A DNA stretch of 64,000 nt, taken from the IMG/VR virus record IMGVR_UViG_2877800095_000002. One strand, written 5' to 3'. This DNA comes from an uncultured virus (IMG/VR IMGVR_UViG_2877800095_000002). Lineage: Duplodnaviria > Heunggongvirae > Uroviricota > Caudoviricetes. The translations under genes and the position numbers were made by a program. The notes under the pieces are model-generated. The model had not been told where the DNA came from, ran no database searches, and saw nothing but the letters and a program-made list of their open reading frames with translations. Shown one piece after another: positions 55,001 through 64,000 of this stretch (positions are counted from its first letter, which is position 1; each line of letters opens with the position of its first letter).

Positions 55001-55048
55001 GAAGCGGCGGGAGAGGGCGGCGGGGGCGTTGGTCGGTTCTGGGCGCAT
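54968..55048 (-). pseudogene. dusA: Detached 5' end of tRNA-dihydrouridine synthase A
   Basis: MRPEPTNAPAALSRRFSVAPMMD then RSN-stop; DusA normally continues APMMDWTD. Confidence 0.9.
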
Positions 55049-55285
55049 CGGGACTTCGGCAGGGAGAGCGGAGCAGGGCGAGGGATTTTATCAGGGATGG
55101 GGGGTGGCGGGGGCTTGGGAGTGGTTGTTCCTCGTTTATGGGCCCACAAGATGGAACCTACCGGCTCCTTTCTGCGGCAGCGGTGCGGCTCGACATCTCC
55201 TGGCCAGTTGTTCTGCCGCCTGTAGTGGTCTACTGATCCCGGACACCGATTTAGGCGAGAATCCTCGCCGTGAGAGAGGTGTCTG

Positions 55286-56448
<1,163 letters not shown>

Positions 56449-56611
56449 CCACTACAGCCGGCCAGCCAGCAGGAGTCGCCGGCATGGATGATGGGGCCAT
56501 TCACCCAGCATCTCCTTCGACGGATCTTGCCTATCTCGCAGCCGACATCCACCAGTGCGCCTTAGAACTCTCGGCTTTCAGAGGGGAGAACAGGCTACTT
56601 CGTCTTTAGGA

Positions 56612-56642
56612 AAATTCTCAATTGAATTGATAATCATTCGTG
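56612..56642. promoter_or_regulatory. Fur-box-like site
   Basis: TGATAATCATT at 56628-56638 plus an inverted TGAGAAT half-site upstream. Confidence 0.55.
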
Positions 56643-56684
56643 TTTAACGTGTTGTGAAATACGATGCAAGTAGGGGAATGAGAA

Positions 56685-58157
56685 ATGAGTAAGGCACCTC
56701 TAAATCTAGTTTCTACTACGATCTACGGCGACAACACCTCTATAGATGGGCTTGGAGATCCTGCTGGAGGTGGCACTGGAAAGGGAAGGCGTGTTCCTGG
56801 TGTCGAGGCTAGCGAACGTCCATTTCTACAAGTCATGCAGGAAGAGTCAATTATTCGTAGTGGTATTGAGAAAGATGGATACCCAGAGGTCAAGAAGAAA
56901 ATAGAGAGTAAGATGAGGTCCGCTGCTGCCAAAGCGCGCAAGGCAGCGAGAGATAAATATAGTACGGCACTGGAGAAGCTGGTTGGTGAGGTTTCGGGCT
57001 TCCTAAGTTTCATTGACTCCCAATTTGGCCTTATGGAGGAAAAAATTGCTGAAGGTAGTAAGTCGTACGGCTCGAATCCTATCTACATGGTTGCGGATTT
57101 TTCTACGCGTGAGCTGATGAAGGCACGTGAAGAGGCGAAGAGAACAAATGATAACTCTTCGTATGTGGCGTTCTGGGATAACATGTCTAAAAGTTATAAG
57201 GCTATCTATGAGGGGAAAGCGTACTCTGAAAGTATCAAGAAGGTAGGGGAAGATTTTGATAGTCTAGCGCTTCAGATGTTAGATTCAACGGCTGCTTCCT
57301 TGAGTGATGACCTGGCGGTTGTTCTTAGGAGAGTTAGTGCTCAAGGTGCTATTTTTGATCAGCAAAGAGATATTCTTCTTCGTGAGTTGCCCAAGGATTT
57401 GCGGGGAAGAGTCCAGGTAAAAGCTGGTGATATCTCTAAAGATACGCGTTTGAATGGTGTGAATAGACTGCGAAGGGCTGCTCAACAGATTTCCGAGGAA
57501 AGTAAGGTCGCTGCTGTTGGTTATAAGTACAGGTTTGCCAATGGAAATATAACTCCTCCGCTGAGTTCAATGGAAATTGATGAGCTAAATGTTCTGGTTG
57601 TAAAGCAGGAGACGACAGATATAGGGAAGAAGTGGCTCGACTACCATCAGGCAACGCTGAACTCCGAGAATGCTAGGGTTGCAAGTGATTTTGCTAATGA
57701 AATCGGCCGACTCGCTGATTACATAAAACGGTCGGAGTCTCTTGGGGGACAGGCGCAAGCAAGAATCGATGTTAAGAAAGGTATCCCGCAAAGCCCGCCT
57801 GGTGTGGATGTTGTTAGTAACATGGAGCTTTCCAAAAAGCAGAGAGGGATTCTTAAGAGCAATGTACTAGTGCTGTCATGGTTCTATGGTCAGGTTAAAA
57901 ATAATAGTCCATGGGACTACAAGCAGCAAGGTGCACAGTATGAGGCTTTCGGAAACTTCAATTACGGTGCTACGGGCGCTGCCGCGGGATTGTCGGAGCA
58001 GATTTTATTGAGAGCGGCAGGTGCTGCTCAGACTCTAGCAGGAACCTCTGATAAAGATTTTGGGGCTTGGTGGGCGGGGACTCCGTATGGCGACGATCCC
58101 GTTGATCAGATATGGATTAAGGCGGGAATAGACTATGCGAAGTCGAAAGGGTACTAA
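56685..58157 (+). CDS. Pyocin-like polymorphic toxin with C-terminal Ntox44 domain
   Basis: WDYK, FGNFNYGA.G, PYGDDPVD motifs; Gly-rich N-terminus and helical middle; low GC. Confidence 0.8.
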   Translation: MSKAPLNLVSTTIYGDNTSIDGLGDPAGGGTGKGRRVPGVEASERPFLQVMQEESIIRSGIEKDGYPEVKKKIESKMRSAAAKARKAARDKYSTALEKLVGEVSGFLSFIDSQFGLMEEKIAEGSKSYGSNPIYMVADFSTRELMKAREEAKRTNDNSSYVAFWDNMSKSYKAIYEGKAYSESIKKVGEDFDSLALQMLDSTAASLSDDLAVVLRRVSAQGAIFDQQRDILLRELPKDLRGRVQVKAGDISKDTRLNGVNRLRRAAQQISEESKVAAVGYKYRFANGNITPPLSSMEIDELNVLVVKQETTDIGKKWLDYHQATLNSENARVASDFANEIGRLADYIKRSESLGGQAQARIDVKKGIPQSPPGVDVVSNMELSKKQRGILKSNVLVLSWFYGQVKNNSPWDYKQQGAQYEAFGNFNYGATGAAAGLSEQILLRAAGAAQTLAGTSDKDFGAWWAGTPYGDDPVDQIWIKAGIDYAKSKGY

Positions 58158-58563
58158 TTTTGCTCTGATAGGGCTCTCGTGTTTGGCTCTGGGGCTGTTT
58201 GGTTATATATATTTCACTTCGCCAAGTATGCCTTCTCCAACAAGGATTGTCTCTGTTAAAGTGGTTGGAAATGGCGGGGCTATATACGAGGTCCTGTATG
58301 ACTCTGGTGGGGCTACAGTTCCGTTTGTCTATCGCTATTTTTTGATGGAGTTCCAGACTGATGATGCTGAGGCTCTGAAGAAGCTGAGAGGTGCAGAGCC
58401 CTTTCTGGTAACGAAGAGTCCTAATGCTGTGCGTGAAATTCATGGTGATCGAGCAGATTTGTATGTCACGGATACTATCTATAAATATAGGAGTCAGGGA
58501 TTCTTTATTATCGAAGGGCGACTGGTACCCATTAGGTTCAACCTGAAGGCTACCATGCCTTGA
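58135..58563 (+). CDS. Putative immunity protein with N-terminal TM
   Basis: Overlaps the toxin stop by 23 nt; similar low GC. Confidence 0.7.
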   Translation: MRSRKGTNFALIGLSCLALGLFGYIYFTSPSMPSPTRIVSVKVVGNGGAIYEVLYDSGGATVPFVYRYFLMEFQTDDAEALKKLRGAEPFLVTKSPNAVREIHGDRADLYVTDTIYKYRSQGFFIIEGRLVPIRFNLKATMP

Positions 58564-59213
58564 CAAATGAAGCGCCGTCACCGCAGGGATGGGAGTGTGG
58601 TGGCGAAGTTTTTGTGCTTTAGGATGCAGCAGTCTCTGGTCACATAGGAGTTCCAACACCTCTGCTGGACACCATTCCCTGCCTGCTGAAAGCGCGACTC
58701 CCATTATGCGTAGCCGGTCGAGTATCGTTGCCTGTGCCATATCGTCGGTGGCGAGCAATTCCAACTGTCTACCATGGGCGTCCGAGAACCCAAGACCTTC
58801 CAGCGAGGCTCGTATACTGTTAGCCAATCGCTCGATGCGGATGACATCCCCATCAGCCTTCTTGACATAGGCTGCCACCGTTTTTCAGTCACTGACAAAA
58901 CCTCCGTAATATAGTGCTTACACCTGGTACATCTGGATACTCTCCGAAGAGACTGGCGTGGCCTCAATGCGCGCGGGACCCACTCTTCCGGATGTGCACG
59001 TTTCCCGAGCCTGGCCTGCCAGACAACGCCGGTCCTAACGCCTGGAGGTCTGCGTAGGCGTAGAACCAACGAGGGCCGGCGGGCTGTGGCGGCTCCTGGC
59101 CCTGCTGGCGCGTCTTTGCGGGTCCTAGTCCATTTGAAATATTGCGATCCTGGCATGGGCCAGTAAGATGGGCCGTTCGACGACCCGCACCAGCCTCTAT
59201 CAAGGATCGATAC

Positions 59214-60254
59214 ATGAGACTGTCCCGCCCGCGTTTTACCCTTTCCGCCGCCTTGCTGCTTTCTCTTTCCCTTTCCGGTTGCGTGTCGGAACTCGATTCG
59301 GGCGCCTATGGCAGCATGGACGATCCGCGCAACGCGCAGATGCTGGACCTGGTGGACCAGGCGCTGAAAGGGAACATGGCCGTGGTACTGGTGGCCGACG
59401 TGATGCCGCACAAGTCCCTGAGCGATGCGCTGACCATGACCCAGTGGACGCCAACGGCGATCTGGGAGTACGAGAAGGACCCGAAGGTGACCTTCGGCCG
59501 CAAGTTCCAGACCAACGCGCTGCAGCGGAAGCCCGACGAGACCTATCTGTTCAAGGCCTTCGAGGTGCATATCCTGCCGCCCGGCAAGTACCTGCTGACC
59601 GGCGGCGACGACTACCAGATCCATGGCTTGCTCGACCAGGTCGGCGCCCGCGGCGGTCCGCCCGGTTCGGGCCATGGCGCCAACGGCACCGCGTACCTGT
59701 CCCCCGAGCTGTATCGCGAGTACTACCGGGAAGAAGTCTGGAAAGATGCCACCTATGGCAGCGAGATCAAGACCGAGAAGGTCTGCACCGCCGTGCATGT
59801 GGCCTCGGGCGCCTGCGTGAGCTGGGGCGAGCAGCAATACACGCAGACGACCCAGGGCTCCCAGGCCGGCTATTACCAGCAGACCGACTCCCGCGACGTA
59901 CCTTCGATCAAGATCCAGGCACGCTTGCCGGTCGACAAGGCGCTGGCCAGCTTCAGCGTGCAGGGCGGGCAATTGCTGCTGGCCCCGCGCATGCACCTGA
60001 AGACCCCCGGCTACAAGTACCAGCAGTCGAAGTGCCGGGCGATCGATCCGAAGAAGATCGAATGCCCATTGGAAAACCTGACCGTCTACACCTGGCCGGC
60101 GCCGATGGACTTCAGCCAGTCCCTGATCGCCCAGCGGGCCCTGAGCGACAAGCACCGGCAACTGCTGTCCAGGCTGCAGCCCCTGCAGATCACACCGCTG
60201 CGCAAGCAGGGCATGGAAGACCCGGTCTGGGGCGTGCCGCTGTCATTGAAATAG
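59214..60254 (+). CDS. Lipoprotein (PA2793-like)
   Basis: Lipobox LSGC; core-like GC and codons. Confidence 0.8.
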   Translation: MRLSRPRFTLSAALLLSLSLSGCVSELDSGAYGSMDDPRNAQMLDLVDQALKGNMAVVLVADVMPHKSLSDALTMTQWTPTAIWEYEKDPKVTFGRKFQTNALQRKPDETYLFKAFEVHILPPGKYLLTGGDDYQIHGLLDQVGARGGPPGSGHGANGTAYLSPELYREYYREEVWKDATYGSEIKTEKVCTAVHVASGACVSWGEQQYTQTTQGSQAGYYQQTDSRDVPSIKIQARLPVDKALASFSVQGGQLLLAPRMHLKTPGYKYQQSKCRAIDPKKIECPLENLTVYTWPAPMDFSQSLIAQRALSDKHRQLLSRLQPLQITPLRKQGMEDPVWGVPLSLK

Positions 60255-60334
60255 CGGGTGTTCGCTCAGGGGCGCGCCGGGTGCCGCCCCTATCCACGAT
60301 CGGCAGGGAAGCATTTCCCCACAAGGAAGGTGAC

Positions 60335-60931
60335 ATGAACGTCTATCGCAAGGTTTCCCGCAGTGCCGTGACTTGGCTGTGCTCCGCGCTGCTGGCCGCA
60401 TCCGGCCATGCCTGGGCCGAAGACTGGTGGGTGGTACACAAGGGCGACGACCCTGCCGAGCTTGACGTGTTCCTGGCCGATGCCGATTCGCTGGCACCGG
60501 TGCCGGGTATCGAAAACGCCTGGCAGGTGCAGATCGCCATGCTGTTCGACTCTTTCCATCTGCTCAGCGCGCATCAGTACCGCTGCGATACGCGAGAGGT
60601 GAAGGTGGTCAACGCCAAGACCTTCTCCAACAACGGGCAACCCACGGACCTCCAGTTCACCTTCGCCAAGGGCTGGACCCCGCTGCCCAACGAAAGCCAT
60701 GAGGCTGTCCTCCAGTTCATCTGCGCGCCGCAGCAACGCGAACGCAACGGCATGCGCTCCACCGGCAGGGGCGTGCCATTGCAGGCGGTGATCACCGCCG
60801 TCGGCATGGTCGAGATGGAGCGCGCCCAGGCCAATCTCGCCGAGGCCCGGCGCAAGCTCGAAGAGGCCAAGAGCGATCGCGTCATGGGCGAACTCGATCG
60901 TCTGCTCGGCAACGAGCCCCGGAAGCCCTGA
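60335..60931 (+). CDS. Exported hypothetical protein (PA2792-like)
   Basis: Signal peptide ending AWA; AAGGAAGG RBS. Confidence 0.75.
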   Translation: MNVYRKVSRSAVTWLCSALLAASGHAWAEDWWVVHKGDDPAELDVFLADADSLAPVPGIENAWQVQIAMLFDSFHLLSAHQYRCDTREVKVVNAKTFSNNGQPTDLQFTFAKGWTPLPNESHEAVLQFICAPQQRERNGMRSTGRGVPLQAVITAVGMVEMERAQANLAEARRKLEEAKSDRVMGELDRLLGNEPRKP

Positions 60932-61024
60932 GCCGCTCTGACTGAAGCAGGGTGAAGCGAGGCGGATCGGGCCGTTTTCCGGGACGATCGGCGTAGGTCC
61001 GGAAGGCGCGTCGGGAGGGTATCG

Positions 61025-61315
61025 ATGAAGTGGTATAGCCGCATCAGCCTGGGGCTCAGCCTCGCGGTCGCGAGCGCTTTCCTGGTGGCGTACTGGCGAT
61101 CGCTCGACAGCCATGGCTATCCCAATATGAATGCGCCTGGGCTGTTCGCCTACCTGCTGGTCTTTCCTGCCTGCGCCCTGTTGCTGCATTCCACTGCGTT
61201 GGCATTCGTGCTCCAGCAGCGAAAGCTGGGGAGCGCTCGCGAAAGAGCGCTGCAATGGGCGATCAACCTGGTGCTGTGGATGGCGCCGCTTTGTTATGTC
61301 CTTGCCAGCGTCTAG
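61025..61315 (+). CDS. Small membrane protein
   Basis: Three hydrophobic segments; GGAGG RBS. Confidence 0.7.
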   Translation: MKWYSRISLGLSLAVASAFLVAYWRSLDSHGYPNMNAPGLFAYLLVFPACALLLHSTALAFVLQQRKLGSARERALQWAINLVLWMAPLCYVLASV

Positions 61316-61643
61316 CCCGATGTACTTCCTCTCAACCCGCAGAGCGACAAGCCATGAGGGCCGTTTCATCATTTTCCTGGGGGCAATGAGTGTGTTGTCC
61401 ATTTCAATGGGTGGACGTTCAGCCGGCCCCGCCAGTAGACCGTGTAGCGTAGCTTCGTTTTCGCAGGAATGATGCCGAGCTTGGGACGGAAGTTGATGTC
61501 ACGGTGCGATGGGGCTCAGAGGACTTGGGGCGGTGGGGCTTTGTCACGATCCCGGTCATATCATGGGCTGCTGACAAGGGAGCATGGCGATTGCGGCTGC
61601 CCTTTTCCTGGTGAAGTGCGAAACGGATTTTTCAGGAGGAAGC

Positions 61644-63575
61644 ATGAGCTACGACACGACCGGTTCCATGGTGGGGGCCACAGTAGGAGACCCTAGCGAT
61701 GAGCGATGGAATGCGTTGATTGACGAAACCGACCTCGTAAAGGGCGCATCACTTATAGGCAGATCGGCAATGGTTTTAGCCAGCCTGGCCGATCTTCCAG
61801 ATGTTCCGCAAAGCTACACCCATGAGTACATCGTTCAAGGCCACAGACCCGGTATTACCACTGGTGGTGGCAGGTTCTACTGGGATGGGGCGGTTGCGCG
61901 GAATCGCCACAACGGCGGGACTATCATCAGCCCCACTGTTCCTGCGTACACTGCCCAGACGGGGTTGGCTGGCTATCTGGATGGCTCGGGGGAAACTGAG
62001 CCGTCCGCCTTTGGCTGCTTTGTCCGCAAAATCGAAGGCCATGGCATTCGCCTCGAATGGTTCGGCTGGCTGCCAGGGGAACTCGCCACCGCGCCAGCGC
62101 AAAAGCTTCTGCAACAAACCCGTTCGAACGAAGGCTCTGCGGCCCACATCGGTTACACGGCCATGTTTCCCCCGGCGACCGTTCGCTCCGGTCCATTAGT
62201 TATCGGTTCGGACCAGATCATCGCCGGAACCAGCCGGACTGTCATTCTCCAGGAGCCCGGTACGGTGACGATGGATGTCCAGCCGTTCATCAGCATGGCC
62301 GGACAGAGCAATGTGTTCATCTTCGGCAATGGAATGCAGATCAATGGACAGAAGAACGAGGCACGCAGCGGCGAAGGTCGATATGGACTTTTCATCTATG
62401 GCTCGAAAAAAGTCCTGGTCCAGGACCTGACAATCAACGCGTTCTCCGGTGATGGATTGGCCGTTACCGGCGATGCGGGGCGACCAAGCGAAGATGTACG
62501 CATCGACCGAGTCCTTTGCAACTTCAATGGACGCAATGGCTTTTCGGTCATCAATGCCAGGCGCGCGACGCTGCTGAATTGCCGAGCGACTAACACGAAT
62601 ACCAATGGACTTGGTGCATCAGCCAATGGACCCTGGGCGGCCTTCGACATAGAGCCCAATGAAGGAAGCGGTTACTTCATCGAAGATATCAACCTGATCG
62701 GTTGTTCGAGCGAGGGCAATGCTGGGAACGGACTCCAGTTCACCATCCCGAATACGGACTCCCCTGTCTCCGTCAGGGTCTCCGGATTCCAGTCCCGACG
62801 AGACGGTTCGGCTACTCAATACGGGGCGAAGAATGGCGGAGTGGGTTTCATATATGGAGGGGGCGTCTCTCCGAAAAACACTATGTCGGGTCTGATCCAA
62901 CTGGTTGGCATCGTTGTCGACGAGCCTTTTGGCAGCGCTATGCGTTTCCGCAACTGGAGTGCCAGAAACGCGCCGGTACTCATCAGGGATGTCACGATAA
63001 GAAATGTGAACTTCGGCGTGGCCACGGGAAACATAAATCGATGCGGAGTCTGGCAGGACTCTTCTGACTCCATGGAAGTGATTGAACCAAAGGGCAATTT
63101 CGAAGTGGATGGGCTGACCGTCTTCGACGATAACCAACAGCTCATTCGACCCGTGTGGACCATGGGAATAGTGGCGGCTCCTACAATCGCCAAGGTGAGG
63201 AATGTCTACGTCAACCGACATGGCTATCCTGCTGTTTTGCCGTTACGTACGAAAGTACAAGGAGGCGTAGGGTGGAGCGAGCTGCCGATGGTGTCCTTGT
63301 CCTCGTCCTCAGCAATCGCAGGAACGGATTATGTCGGACAAATGGTCGAGTTGACGGGGAGCGGAGGATTCGTACTGCCGGAGGCCGCTCTTGCCTCGGG
63401 CTGTGTCTTCAGGATCAGGAATGGTTCGAGCGGCAGCATCAACGTCACGGCACTGGCTGGAGGAATCACGGGCAGTACCTACGGTAGCTACACCAACACA
63501 GGAAGCAGCCTGACCTTGATCAATGGGCAGTATGCCGAGCTATGGAGCAATGGAAGCACCTGGGTCCTGAAATGA
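61644..63575 (+). CDS. Right-handed beta-helix protein, tailspike/depolymerase-like
   Basis: GGGRFYWD..HNGGTII motif, repeats such as GDGL.V, N.RNG.SV, FDIEPN, GNGL; AGGAGG RBS. Confidence 0.8.
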   Translation: MSYDTTGSMVGATVGDPSDERWNALIDETDLVKGASLIGRSAMVLASLADLPDVPQSYTHEYIVQGHRPGITTGGGRFYWDGAVARNRHNGGTIISPTVPAYTAQTGLAGYLDGSGETEPSAFGCFVRKIEGHGIRLEWFGWLPGELATAPAQKLLQQTRSNEGSAAHIGYTAMFPPATVRSGPLVIGSDQIIAGTSRTVILQEPGTVTMDVQPFISMAGQSNVFIFGNGMQINGQKNEARSGEGRYGLFIYGSKKVLVQDLTINAFSGDGLAVTGDAGRPSEDVRIDRVLCNFNGRNGFSVINARRATLLNCRATNTNTNGLGASANGPWAAFDIEPNEGSGYFIEDINLIGCSSEGNAGNGLQFTIPNTDSPVSVRVSGFQSRRDGSATQYGAKNGGVGFIYGGGVSPKNTMSGLIQLVGIVVDEPFGSAMRFRNWSARNAPVLIRDVTIRNVNFGVATGNINRCGVWQDSSDSMEVIEPKGNFEVDGLTVFDDNQQLIRPVWTMGIVAAPTIAKVRNVYVNRHGYPAVLPLRTKVQGGVGWSELPMVSLSSSSAIAGTDYVGQMVELTGSGGFVLPEAALASGCVFRIRNGSSGSINVTALAGGITGSTYGSYTNTGSSLTLINGQYAELWSNGSTWVLK

Positions 63576-64000
63576 CGCGTAAACCTTTTATTTGGCTTGC
63601 CTCCGACTGTCATGGCGTATGGTCGGTATGCCAGGACAGCTTTTCGAGCGGCTCAGCGCTTCGGCGCAAAGACCATCTTCACCGGCGCATCGTGCTTCAG
63701 GCGCGAGCCGTCCGCTTGGTTTCCGGGCTCGAAGCTAGGGTGCCAGGCCCTGAGTTCCGTATCGGACAGCCACTCCAGTTGCAATTCGTCCGCGGATGCG
63801 CGCAGGTCGAATTGCGCCAGCGACTGCACGACTGAATGGCACTTTTCCGATTTCCCGGTTTCGAGGAGGGAGACCTGTATTTCTTCGCCCCAGGTGATCG
63901 AACCTTTCTCCGGGCATTTCCGAACCTCGACGTGGTATTGCCCGTTCGGCGACGGCAGGTCGGAAATCAGCTTGTCGGGGCCGCAGGCGGCGAGGAGTAC

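Noticed and set aside
56460..56684. PrtN P-box upstream of the pyocin-like gene
   Set aside because: No fourfold ATTGnn(n)GT array; only two ATTG within the Fur-like site
58704..60161. 485-aa minus-strand ORF
   Set aside because: Antisense to the lipoprotein gene
59168..60334. N-terminal part of the 587-aa ORF
   Set aside because: Out-of-frame overlap with the lipoprotein; the RBS and signal peptide point to a start at 60335

Overview
This looks like Pseudomonas aeruginosa DNA (high GC, IS222-like element, PA2791-PA2793-like genes, dusA 5' end). Bases 1 to about 54980 hold a nearly complete lambdoid siphovirus prophage integrated in the 5' end of dusA. attR is at about 54900-55000; attL and probably the integrase N-terminus lie just left of the window. 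All modules are present: integrase and PrtN-like excisionase, an early-left operon (C5 methyltransferase, Rad50-like ATPase, FtsK-gamma protein, RecT, YqaJ, a CsrA fusion), a cI/cro switch with TAC-N5-GTA operators, replication genes with iterons, RusA, a Q-like gene, split lysis genes, head genes and a lambda-type tail. The prophage carries many morons, including three toxin-antitoxin or defence modules (Panacea-type, YefM-YoeB, RosmerTA-like), a glycine-zipper toxin/immunity-like pair, an SOS-boxed DUF1654 pair and several long structured non-coding elements. Right of attR are an IS3-family element, a pyocin-like Ntox44 toxin behind a Fur-like box with a membrane-anchored partner, three chromosomal genes and an orphan tailspike-like beta-helix gene. 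All family calls come from reading motifs by eye; no database search was run.
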